Positions 8,936 through 17,819 of a DNA stretch of 46,789 nt are shown in pieces. A program made the position numbers and the translations under genes. This DNA is from a candidate division WOR-3 bacterium (GTDB lineage Bacteria > Hydrothermota > Tepidihabitantia > Tepidihabitantales > Tepidihabitantaceae). How positions within the stretch are numbered: position 1 is the first letter of the stretch; every line of letters begins with the position of its first letter. The notes beneath the pieces were generated by a model. That model was given only the letters and a program-made list of their open reading frames with translations. It had not been told where the DNA came from and made no database searches. The stretch is taken from positions 1 through 46,789 of the forward strand of contig JBDRUH010000008.1 of NCBI GenBank assembly GCA_039801225.1, read 5' to 3'.

Positions 8936-10102
8936 GTGCCCGATAAAGCGGTTTACGCCCTCCGAAAACACAATCGTGCTGGTCATCTTTGGGTATTTTC
9001 CAACGAAATTCAGCGAGTGGAAGGTTCACCGGAAATAGGGGATTTGGTCAAAGTCTACGACCGGGGAAGGTTTATCGGTTCTGGAATGTTTAATCCCAAA
9101 TCATTAATCCGGGTTCGTATCTACTCGGAAAAGGAAGAAGAACTGAATGAGGAGTTTGTTGCCCGCAAAATTGAAGCCGCCTATGCCTATCGGCGAAAGG
9201 TGCTACCGAAAGAAAATGACTTCCGGTTAATTTACGGCGAGAGCGACGGGCTGCCGGGTTTGGTGATTGACAAATACGGCACCCACTTTGCTATCCAGGT
9301 TTATTCGGCAGGGTTTGATTGCCGGCTACCAATGGTGGTCAATGCCCTTTGTTCTCTTTTTAAAGTTGCATCAATTTTTGAAAAAGACGACTTTATACTA
9401 CGAGAACCAGAAGGATTGGAAAGAAGGGAACGATTACTTTATGGCGAAATTCCGCCTGAACTGGTGATTTCAGAAAATGGAGTCCGCTTCTATGTTAATA
9501 TCGCTTCGGGGCAGAAAACCGGTTACTTCTTTGACCATCGTCTAACCCGGCAGAAGGTGCGAAGATATGCCAAAGACCGCCGGGTGTTGGACCTCTTCTC
9601 CTATATTGGCTCCTTTGCGATAAATGCCGCCTTAGGCGGGGCAAGAGAGGTGATAGCGGTTGATGCCTCAGCCGATGCCGGCAAGATGGCAAAACGCAAC
9701 GCCCAATTAAACCAGGTTTCGGAAAGATGTGATTTCATCGTCGCTGACGCCTTTGAATTCTTAAAAACATTAATCCGGCGCGGGGAAAAGTTTGACCTCG
9801 TAAACCTTGACCCACCCGGATTCATCAAATCGCAGAAACATAAAGAAACTGGCATTGCTAAATACCGACAAATCAACATATTAGCAATGAAAGTTTTAAA
9901 TCGTGGCGGGATTTTAGTCTCCTCATCCTGTTCCCATTACCTATTCTGGCAGGACTTAATGGACATATTAGTTTCTGCGGCGCAGGAAACGGGCAAAAGT
10001 TTTGTTATTCTTGACCGCTCAACCCAAGGTCCAGACCATCCAATTCATCCCCAGATGCCGGAAACCGAATACCTTCGCTCCTTAATTATTCAGGTTGATT
10101 AA
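8936..10102 (+). CDS. Class I SAM-dependent rRNA m5C methyltransferase (RlmI-like)
   Basis: GHLWVFSNE (PUA domain), GESDGLPGL, GQKTGYFFD, LDLFSY.GSF, LDPP, SSCS, PETEYL. Confidence 0.92.
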   Translation: MPDKAVYALRKHNRAGHLWVFSNEIQRVEGSPEIGDLVKVYDRGRFIGSGMFNPKSLIRVRIYSEKEEELNEEFVARKIEAAYAYRRKVLPKENDFRLIYGESDGLPGLVIDKYGTHFAIQVYSAGFDCRLPMVVNALCSLFKVASIFEKDDFILREPEGLERRERLLYGEIPPELVISENGVRFYVNIASGQKTGYFFDHRLTRQKVRRYAKDRRVLDLFSYIGSFAINAALGGAREVIAVDASADAGKMAKRNAQLNQVSERCDFIVADAFEFLKTLIRRGEKFDLVNLDPPGFIKSQKHKETGIAKYRQINILAMKVLNRGGILVSSSCSHYLFWQDLMDILVSAAQETGKSFVILDRSTQGPDHPIHPQMPETEYLRSLIIQVD

Positions 10103-10340
10103 GCAACTTTAAAATTTCAGCCCTCACGACCACAAAATCAAGAAACTTTTGGTCTTAACTCTCTTGTAACCTTTCATCTTATTTTGGTTGTTAAAATGGG
10201 TTGGAGTTACCTTTGAACATTACTTATTAAACCGGACTTTTCACCGCATTTTAGCCCTCTTTTTAGTTTTGCGGTTAGATTTGAAGGATTAAACAGCCTA
10301 ACTCTTTTCCCAAGCCATTATTTTATAACCATTTATACAG

Positions 10341-10806
10341 TTGAACTTACCTTTGACCTTAAATATAGTTTTACAACAAAACTTAAAATCCAATCAAGAA
10401 CCAATTCAGGAAAGGGTTTTACCACCCTAGTGCTGGAGTGGACAGCCCCCCAGATAAATCTGTCTTCAAATTAAGTTATTTAATTACGATACTTAACTCA
10501 ATTTTAACCGTCAGAATTTTGTGTATATATAAATACACTTAGCCTGTTGCCCTCCTTCATATTCCTGTTAAACCAGAGCTTAAAGCCAACATACAATAAA
10601 ATTGTAGGGCAAGGCTTTACCTGGAATAATATTCCTGAAAGCAAACCTGAAGGGCGAAGGAATCTATAGCAATGGGATTGCTTCGTCGCTTTCGCTCCTC
10701 GCAATGACAGCCTGGTTTTTGTGATTACGAACCCATCGCTTAGTGTCATTGCGAGCGGAGCGAAGCAATCTCAATACCGTAGGGGCAATTCATGAATTGC
10801 CCCTAC
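10341..10806 (+). repeat. Composite dispersed non-coding element, copy A
   Basis: 10368-10602 aligns ungapped with 33793-34027; followed by GTAGGGCAAGG REP, a GATTGCTTCG/GTCATTGCGAG inverted pair and a 28-bp palindrome. Confidence 0.9.
10779..10806. repeat. GTAG-type REP perfect palindrome
   Basis: GTAGGGGCAATTCATGAATTGCCCCTAC, identical to 18910-18937. Confidence 0.95.
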
Positions 10807-10969
10807 TTGCTGGAAAAAACCATGTTGCAAGGTAGGTATTTATTGTAGCAACGCGGAACTTTTCCTTAATTGATCGAGACTACAATGGAATTGGCTATTA
10901 AACCATTTTCCAGTTTACATCGCCTAATGATTTTGGTGAAGCAAAGTTTTTTCTGTCGACACAAACAAA

Positions 10970-10998
10970 TTGACATCTTATCCAAATAGGGATATAAT
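10970..10998 (+). promoter_or_regulatory. Consensus sigma70 promoter of the DUF4870-like pair
   Basis: TTGACA-17-TATAAT, perfect consensus. Confidence 0.8.
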
Positions 10999-11016
10999 TC
11001 TCTAAGGTTTAGCGAA

Positions 11017-11442
11017 ATGGAAATAAAAATAGAAACAAAAAGTGCTGAGGAGACCATTTCTCAGGATACAAGAATCCTTGCTGCAGTTGGTTATCTGCCG
11101 ATGTTTTTTCTCCTGCCGCTTCTTTTGCGTCCGAAAGAACGGTTCTGTCGTTTTCACGGTCTTCAGAGTCTTATATTGTTGATGGCGCTGGCGATATTCT
11201 GGATTTTTGTCTATATTACCGATTTTCTTCTCGGTAGAATAATGGGCAATGTTATTCTGATAGGGTTTATATTTAAGATTTTTGCCTGGATGATTCATTA
11301 TCTTGCCGGAACAGTGGTTTCGCTATTGTATATTATTCTGGTAATAATTGGATTTGTGCAGGCAGCAGCCGGTCAATACTGGCGGATGCCAGTCTTGAAT
11401 ACCTATGCCCAGCGGCTGCATCTCTGGTCGGATTTAAGTTAG
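11017..11442 (+). CDS. DUF4870-like small membrane protein
   Basis: 'LAAVGYL...F.RFHGLQSL...A..GQYWRMPV' pattern with several TM helices. Confidence 0.75.
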   Translation: MEIKIETKSAEETISQDTRILAAVGYLPMFFLLPLLLRPKERFCRFHGLQSLILLMALAIFWIFVYITDFLLGRIMGNVILIGFIFKIFAWMIHYLAGTVVSLLYIILVIIGFVQAAAGQYWRMPVLNTYAQRLHLWSDLS

Positions 11443-11461
11443 TAAAACCAAGGAGGCAATA

Positions 11462-11821
11462 ATGTCTGAAGAAAAAATTACATCCACACCCCCGGCAGGT
11501 TCAGGGGGAGATGATGTGGAAAAGGGAAAAGGAATAGCCTGGCTCTCATATCTCGGGATTCTCTGGTTGGTGCCGCTCTTGGCGATGAAGGAGAATGAGT
11601 TCTGCAAGTATCATGTGAAGCAAGGGATAATGCTTACGCTCTGGTTCGTAGCAGTAAGTATTGTCGGTGGGATTCCATTTATCGGCTGGTTTGTAATCTG
11701 GCCTTTAGGGTATATCTTCGGATTGGTTCTGATGATACTTGGAATTATCAATGCGGTAGGCGGGAAATACTGGAAGATGCCTTTATTGGGAGGGCTTGCC
11801 GAGAAGTGGTTTAAGTTCTAA
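11462..11821 (+). CDS. DUF4870-like small membrane protein (paralog)
   Basis: 'IAWLSYL...NEFCKYHVKQG...IINAVGGKYWKMPLLG'; SD AGGAGG. Confidence 0.8.
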   Translation: MSEEKITSTPPAGSGGDDVEKGKGIAWLSYLGILWLVPLLAMKENEFCKYHVKQGIMLTLWFVAVSIVGGIPFIGWFVIWPLGYIFGLVLMILGIINAVGGKYWKMPLLGGLAEKWFKF

Positions 11822-11857
11822 CTGCACCTAAAAAGTAGCATTTTACCTCTAACCTTT

Positions 11858-11885
11858 TGTTCTGATAATAAAGATTATGTAAACT
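11858..11885 (+). other. Putative XerC/XerD dif recombination site
   Basis: TGTTCTGATAA-TAAAGA-TTATGTAAACT: 11-6-11 layout, inner ATAA/TTAT palindrome, right arm matching the Bacillus-type XerD arm; lies between convergent genes. Confidence 0.75.
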
Positions 11886-11926
11886 AAACGAGGAAAGTAG
11901 AAATTTTCCTTAAGACTCAGACAAGC

Positions 11927-12964
11927 CTATCCTCTCCCCGCCAAAAATCGGGTGTATTGTTCAAGGAGTTTGCTGCCGCAACTCTCCCAGAGAAAGTTTT
12001 TGCGGATATGTTCCTTTAGTTGAAAATCTTTGGGTTTTGTTGTAGCCTGTTTGAGCGCCTGCTCAATGGATGATTCTGAAAATGGTTCTAAGTAGGTGGC
12101 AAAGTCACCAAAATACTCCTTTGTCCCGCCATACTTGGTAATACAGATTTTAGCACCGGCAAGCGCCGCCTCTAAGGCAGCCAAGCCGGGTGTTTCGTAA
12201 AATGATGGCAGAACGAAAGTATCACAGGCGGCATAGGCGGACTCAAGGAGCGGGGATTCTGGTGGAAGACCGGGAATAAGTTTAATAAAAGGTGTTGAGG
12301 AAATTAACTCCTGACATTTTTGGCTATAATCATTGTTGAGAACTGGACCAATAATTACTGCAGGCACTTCAATTTTTCTTACAACGCGAAGTAAAGGTAA
12401 AAGGTTTTTCCGACCCCAGCCGATATGCCCGACATAAAGTATGAAATCTTTTAACCCAAACTCCTTGATAAACAATTCGGGCGTGGCGTTATAAAACCGC
12501 TCCTCAACGCCATTGGGTACTACCGCCAATTTATTTTCTGAAACATCAAAAGCCTGTTCAATCATTTTAAGTTCCTCAATGGTGTTGGTTAAGACCAAGT
12601 CTGCCATATCGCAGAGTTCTTTACAGAATGTGTGCTCGGTCCAGAACCCACCCCGACGGCGGAATTTTAATGCCAATCCGACCGCTGTTTTAACTCGGTT
12701 GGCGCTGTGCCGGCTGTAAAACACCGGCGTCAAAACCAGTCTCATCCCTAAGTTTTTAATCGCCCTGCCGAGATGATATGTGCCCAAATGAGCGCCAAAA
12801 AGATGAAACAGGTCAAATTCGGCAAGGTTATACCTTTTCCAGGGGTTAAACAGTTCAACATCTACACCTTTTTGCCTTAAAACCCGGGCAAGGGAACGAA
12901 CCTGGACCTCAACACCGCCACCAAGGACACTGATAGCCGAAAAAGAGCCAAAAAGGACTTTCAT
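11927..12964 (-). CDS. GT4 family glycosyltransferase
   Basis: GGGVE N-terminus, VVPNGVE, LPSFYETPGLAALEA (EX7E). Confidence 0.92.
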   Translation of the reverse strand: MKVLFGSFSAISVLGGGVEVQVRSLARVLRQKGVDVELFNPWKRYNLAEFDLFHLFGAHLGTYHLGRAIKNLGMRLVLTPVFYSRHSANRVKTAVGLALKFRRRGGFWTEHTFCKELCDMADLVLTNTIEELKMIEQAFDVSENKLAVVPNGVEERFYNATPELFIKEFGLKDFILYVGHIGWGRKNLLPLLRVVRKIEVPAVIIGPVLNNDYSQKCQELISSTPFIKLIPGLPPESPLLESAYAACDTFVLPSFYETPGLAALEAALAGAKICITKYGGTKEYFGDFATYLEPFSESSIEQALKQATTKPKDFQLKEHIRKNFLWESCGSKLLEQYTRFLAGRG

Positions 12965-12968
12965 AAAT

Positions 12969-14462
12969 TTACCTCATTTCCTTTCTAATCTGGCGCCACC
13001 TCATAACTTCAGAAAGCAGATAATACGGTCTCATCAACCACTCTCGGCCCCGGGTAGTGATTTCCTTAGAATTAAATGGCATTGAAATGGACAGGGGTTG
13101 CCAGGAGATTTTATCAAATTTAACCTTCCCGGATGTGAGAGGAATAAATGCCATCCGGTCTTGATATTCTATAATTAAGTAAACATCCTCTCCCCCATTT
13201 TGAACCGTTATCTCAATCCCGTCATCAACAACCCAAACATTATACCGAACCTCTTCCCTCTTTCGCCACCACCGGTAATAATCGGTAATTGTCGTGAAAA
13301 AACCACACCGTTGAATTCCATAACTTAATATTTCCATAAAAATCTCCGGGTATCGGGATATCCAATTCGGATGGTCATAGAGAAAACAGGGCTCTTGTCG
13401 GGCAACCTGAAGGTCAATCACCTGCCGGTAGTAATCCAAAATTGCCTTTGGGTTTGCGTTTGCCCATATAAGTCTGCCTAAAGATATCGGATGCACTGGA
13501 ATCTGAAGAACTGAACTGAGTTTAGCGGAAATTATCGGTCTTGCTGGTAGGTCGTCATAGGAATAACAAAACTCTGAGGAGTATTTAAAATCCAACTCCT
13601 CAAATACCTTCTGCAGGTTCTCATTCCACTCCCCATAAGGAGAGGCAACACCAATCGGATTGACATCAACCTTCTGAAGTAGTTCCTTCCCGGTAAGAAA
13701 GTTTCTCATATTTCTATCAAAGTCATTATAAACCAAATGTTTATGACAATGAAGTTGTATGTCTTGTTCAGATAGAATTTTTATTAACTCCTTCAGTCGG
13801 CTATTCCAACTGCCGGTGGCGACAAACCAACTCCAACGCATCCCTATCTTCTCGGCAAGTTTTACTGTTTTAACTATGTCAGAAAGAGAACTATAATCGG
13901 TATCAACGCGAAAACCAAAAACTGAACGATAGGAACCAGGAACATAGGAAAGCCGGACATAAGGCAGGTTATTTTTAATTAAAAGATGGCGAATACTATT
14001 GGTAAGAATCCGACGAACCCCTCCCCTGTCATCCACCGCAACCTTCTCCCAGGGTAACCGGGAACTCTGGCAAAAAAAGCGTTTTATGGTAACACCTCGA
14101 TGGCGTAAAACCTGAGAAGTAGCAAATGGTAATATTATCTCATCTCCTTTTTCGTAAACAAAAGCGCCTCCTTTACCATTCCTTTTCCCGTGGTTGGCGT
14201 TTTTGGGTACCAGACATCTGGCATTGATATCAACCAGACCAACATTGCGAAATAACTCGGTTTCATCCGGTGCGATGAATTTAACCTTAACCCAGGAGGA
14301 TTTCATATCTGATGCCGGTTTTGGTGTTGTGCCGAGCCGAACCTGGAAAGGACTACTGGTAATAAAAATCTTTGTATCAGGAGAAGGTGAGGAGGAATAT
14401 GGCAATCCCGCCTGCCTCAGAATTTCCTCAAAATATCGGTCTGGGGTCTGTAAACAAATCAT
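12969..14462 (-). CDS. Polysaccharide deacetylase-like (NodB/CE4-fold) protein
   Basis: FRVDTD, QLHCHKH, SPYG, YSSEF, LQIPV and YDHP motifs; lies between two GT4 genes. Confidence 0.65.
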   Translation of the reverse strand: MICLQTPDRYFEEILRQAGLPYSSSPSPDTKIFITSSPFQVRLGTTPKPASDMKSSWVKVKFIAPDETELFRNVGLVDINARCLVPKNANHGKRNGKGGAFVYEKGDEIILPFATSQVLRHRGVTIKRFFCQSSRLPWEKVAVDDRGGVRRILTNSIRHLLIKNNLPYVRLSYVPGSYRSVFGFRVDTDYSSLSDIVKTVKLAEKIGMRWSWFVATGSWNSRLKELIKILSEQDIQLHCHKHLVYNDFDRNMRNFLTGKELLQKVDVNPIGVASPYGEWNENLQKVFEELDFKYSSEFCYSYDDLPARPIISAKLSSVLQIPVHPISLGRLIWANANPKAILDYYRQVIDLQVARQEPCFLYDHPNWISRYPEIFMEILSYGIQRCGFFTTITDYYRWWRKREEVRYNVWVVDDGIEITVQNGGEDVYLIIEYQDRMAFIPLTSGKVKFDKISWQPLSISMPFNSKEITTRGREWLMRPYYLLSEVMRWRQIRKEMR

Positions 14463-15649
14463 CTATTCTTTAATACGGTAATATTTGCGGCAAGCCGTTC
14501 ATACACATTCAAAAGGTTTTTTTCCGCCACTTGCCAATTGTAATACTTTATAACCGCCTCTCTTCCCCTTAGTCCGCGGCTGATCGCCTCAGACTGATTC
14601 CTTAAAACATTGGCAAGGGCAGAAACAAGCGCTTTATTATCCTTAGGGTTAATCAGCCAGCCCGCCTCTTCTTTCTTAACAACCCAAGCGATTTCGGGAA
14701 AGTTGCTGGCGATTACCGCCAGTCCACAGCCCATAAACTCAAAGAGTTTGTTGGGTTGATTTGTCCAGTCGTTTTTCCTTTCTGGTTGAAGTAGAATTAC
14801 GCCGGCAAGGCAGGGTTTTAAAATATCAAAAATCTCAGGATAACTTTTGGTTTTGGGCAGAAAAAGAACATTATCAGCCAAATTCTCTTGAGCAATAAAT
14901 CTTTTGCTCCATTTTTCAATATCATCTCGCGGGTCAAAATCTCCCAACACCAAAAGACGGATTTCGGGGAACTCTTTCTTCAAAGTCGCCAGCGCCTTCA
15001 GTAGCCGGTCAAAACCCCTTGGTCGGCAAATTAGCCCGGTATAAACAACCCAGGGCTTTCTTGCCGTTTGTGGCGTTCCCATAAGTTCCAGTGGTGGGTA
15101 ATTGGGCACCTGCACCGGTATTCGGCGCCGGCGCAGAAAGCGTTGCGACCTGGACCAGTTGGTCTCCAGTATCTCATCCGCCTTTTTTGTTGCCTGATAT
15201 TCAAGATAACTAACCAAGAGCCATCCCAACCAACGCAAGGGCAAGGGAAAATCTTGCCGGTCAAGATACATCCGGGGAAACCACTCACTTGACTCATAAA
15301 TCACTGCCACATTTCTCCTTTGCCGCTTTATTTTCAGTCCAATAGCCAGACACCAGGGGTCAAGGCAGTGATAGATGTCCGCCGCTTCATTTCGTGCCAG
15401 GAAGGCGATTTTTTTAAAAAGACGCCATTTTCCCAAACCGTGGCGTTCCGGAACGGTGATGAGTTTGATGCCGTTGATATCAGTGGTGGAGAAAATTTCC
15501 CCCAGCCCAATCAGAGTTACTTTAAATCCGGCTCGGCTTAAGGAGAAACTCTCCCGGTCAAAGAAACGGCTGTATTTAACTGGATGAGAGGATGTCAATA
15601 AGCATACCCGCAGGTAAAATTGGGCATCTTTCGGGGAGTCAAGTCCCAC
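14459..15649 (-). CDS. GT4 family glycosyltransferase
   Basis: TSSH...RFF.RE..SL, YTGLI...RG, PNKLFEFMGCGLAVIAS. Confidence 0.92.
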   Translation of the reverse strand: MGLDSPKDAQFYLRVCLLTSSHPVKYSRFFDRESFSLSRAGFKVTLIGLGEIFSTTDINGIKLITVPERHGLGKWRLFKKIAFLARNEAADIYHCLDPWCLAIGLKIKRQRRNVAVIYESSEWFPRMYLDRQDFPLPLRWLGWLLVSYLEYQATKKADEILETNWSRSQRFLRRRRIPVQVPNYPPLELMGTPQTARKPWVVYTGLICRPRGFDRLLKALATLKKEFPEIRLLVLGDFDPRDDIEKWSKRFIAQENLADNVLFLPKTKSYPEIFDILKPCLAGVILLQPERKNDWTNQPNKLFEFMGCGLAVIASNFPEIAWVVKKEEAGWLINPKDNKALVSALANVLRNQSEAISRGLRGREAVIKYYNWQVAEKNLLNVYERLAANITVLKNR

Positions 15650-15651
15650 AC

Positions 15652-16605
15652 TTAAGTATCTTTTTGCTCTTTACTAGGCTTTACCGTATTGTTTTTAAGT
15701 GGCGTCTCGGGCAATTGCCCCAAGACCCGCAGACACTCCCGGGCGGTATTGACATGAATTTCTATTGCATCGTTGGTATCAAGGGCATACCCGCCGGCTA
15801 AAACTACCGCCACCGGCACACTCCGCTTATGGCAGTTTTCTAAGACAATCTGATCCCGGAGCGCTAGACCCGATTTTGTTAAACTCAAATTCCCTAACTG
15901 GTCATTCATATACGGGTCGGCACCGGCAACATACACAACTAACTGTGGCTTGTGTTCCTCTAAAATCTTCGGCACCGCAACCTGAAGATGCTGGTTATAC
16001 TCCTTATCACCTGTTCCCTCGTCCAGTCCGATATCCCAACTTGATTTCTCCTTTATGGGATATAGATGCTCCTGGTGGATGGAAAAGGTAAATACCCTCG
16101 GGTCCTCTTGAAAAATCCGGGCGGTGCCATTTCCCTGGTGAAGGTCGCAATCTATGACCGCTGCCCGTTCAATTTTGCCTTCAGTCTGCAATTTCTTAAT
16201 TGCTACCGCGATATCGTTGATATAGCAGAACCCCTCGGCATGGTCGGCAAAGGCGTGGTGAAATCCACCGCCAATATGCATACTAACGCTATTCTCTAAG
16301 GCAAAACGGCAGGTGAGAATAGTGCCGGCGGTGTGGAGAAAATAGCCTTGAACTATTTCCCAGGTGAGCGGCAGTTCCGAACGCACCGTCCGGGAGGTCC
16401 AGCGCAAATTCAAAAGGTCCTCCACATACTCCCGGGTATGAACCAGCCGAACATCGTCAACTGAAGGTTCGGGCGGCTCAAAGAAATCACCATCCCGGGC
16501 GAGCCCTTCCGAGACCAGTCGCTCTTTTACTAACTTATACTTCTCGGTTGGAAAGACATGAACGCCAATATTAAAATGGTAACGGTCTGAAAATACAAAT
16601 CTCAT
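15652..16605 (-). CDS. Histone deacetylase family protein
   Basis: H.FP.EKY, GGGFHHA, GFCYINDIA, DCDLHQGNG, AGAD...D.LG, AGGY. Confidence 0.95.
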   Translation of the reverse strand: MRFVFSDRYHFNIGVHVFPTEKYKLVKERLVSEGLARDGDFFEPPEPSVDDVRLVHTREYVEDLLNLRWTSRTVRSELPLTWEIVQGYFLHTAGTILTCRFALENSVSMHIGGGFHHAFADHAEGFCYINDIAVAIKKLQTEGKIERAAVIDCDLHQGNGTARIFQEDPRVFTFSIHQEHLYPIKEKSSWDIGLDEGTGDKEYNQHLQVAVPKILEEHKPQLVVYVAGADPYMNDQLGNLSLTKSGLALRDQIVLENCHKRSVPVAVVLAGGYALDTNDAIEIHVNTARECLRVLGQLPETPLKNNTVKPSKEQKDT

Positions 16606-16625
16606 ATTTTTCCTTTTTGGCTACA

Positions 16626-16653
16626 ATTATAAAGAGGAGAAATATGGTGTCAA
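16626..16653 (-). promoter_or_regulatory. sigma70 promoter of the HDAC-GT operon
   Basis: TTGACA-16-TATAAT, then AAGGA SD before the ATG. Confidence 0.7.
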
Positions 16654-16682
16654 ATCAATCAAAATATCTTTTCCACGCAAAG

Positions 16683-17819
16683 TTAAAGAGTCACTTTTGC
16701 GAAAGGGTTAAGCGAATTTTTGTGGCTGCGCCGGCGTCTTTTTAATAGGGCGACAAACGCCTCCAGCCGGGTGAGAAAACCGGCTTCGCTGGTGTGTTCA
16801 TCAAGCGAAAGGGAGAGTAAAGGGATATCATACTCCTGACTCGCCTTTATTAAAACTGGCTGGACAACCGTTCCTGGCATACAGGCAAAAGGGTGAAGGT
16901 GAATCACGCCATCATATCCGGCACGTGCTGCTAAAATCAGATGTCCAAGGGAGTTGGCATCTTCGCCACCAACACAATAACGCCAGTATTTCCGCGCCGC
17001 CTTTTGGGCTTTAATAACCTCCTTTTTATTCAGCCGAAAGCCGTGAAAGCCAACCCAGCGGGGAGCGGTAAGAAATGGGTCAACAATCACCCCCATTTCA
17101 CCCAATCGCTGGGTAATTTCAAAGTTTACAAACGGCTCTATGACACAGAAACTCTCACCCACCAGTTTAACCCTTAACACCTCTGATGTCTGCCCTACCT
17201 TGGGGTTTGTCCTGCCGCAGTCAATTTTCTCAAACCTGCCCGGTAACGAGCAGAGGAGTTTATTTAATTCCCTTGGCGTATTTGTCTGATGAACTTCTTT
17301 TAAAACCTCTTTGAATAACTTTTGACACTCCTTCGGCTTTAGAGCGTAGGGCAATGTTCTATTGGCAAGGAGATAGGCATTTTCCAGTGTCTTTGCCTTT
17401 AAGTAGCCCAGCCGAAAAGCCTTTAAGGTTTTAACTATCGCTCGGGAGAAATTGCCATTGTTGAGAAGAATTACTCTTTTTATGATATCAAAAATCCGGT
17501 CGCGGCGCAGTTCAATAAACTGAAATTTATAGCCGAGGTCATAAAGAATTTTTGCCTGGAGGCGTCCATAATAGCCAAACCGGCAGGACCAGGAGCCGGT
17601 AACATATATTAATGTATCAGCCCCGAGTTTTAAAGCCTCTACCATATTCCCAAGGGTGAGTTTGAATGGCAGACAGATTGTTTCCGGGGCAAGTTGAGCA
17701 CCTAATGTTAGAGTCTCGGCATTCGGCTCAGGAGGGACAATCACCTCAGCACCAAGGGTCTCCAGCATCGGGGTTAACACGATATAGATGTCACCCATAT
17801 AGGGAAATGCAACCCTCAT
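16683..17819 (-). CDS. 2-hydroxyacyl-CoA dehydratase/CoA-activase-related protein
   Basis: FPYMG, PETICLPFK..LGN, SCRFGYY, HPFACMP, DEHTSEAG..TRLEAF. Confidence 0.8.
   Translation of the reverse strand: MRVAFPYMGDIYIVLTPMLETLGAEVIVPPEPNAETLTLGAQLAPETICLPFKLTLGNMVEALKLGADTLIYVTGSWSCRFGYYGRLQAKILYDLGYKFQFIELRRDRIFDIIKRVILLNNGNFSRAIVKTLKAFRLGYLKAKTLENAYLLANRTLPYALKPKECQKLFKEVLKEVHQTNTPRELNKLLCSLPGRFEKIDCGRTNPKVGQTSEVLRVKLVGESFCVIEPFVNFEITQRLGEMGVIVDPFLTAPRWVGFHGFRLNKKEVIKAQKAARKYWRYCVGGEDANSLGHLILAARAGYDGVIHLHPFACMPGTVVQPVLIKASQEYDIPLLSLSLDEHTSEAGFLTRLEAFVALLKRRRRSHKNSLNPFAKVTL

Noticed and set aside
10600..10810. Palindrome clusters as a CRISPR array or integron attC cassettes
   Set aside because: No regular repeat-spacer period, no cas or intI genes, and no clear RYYYAAC/GTTRRRY-bounded cassettes
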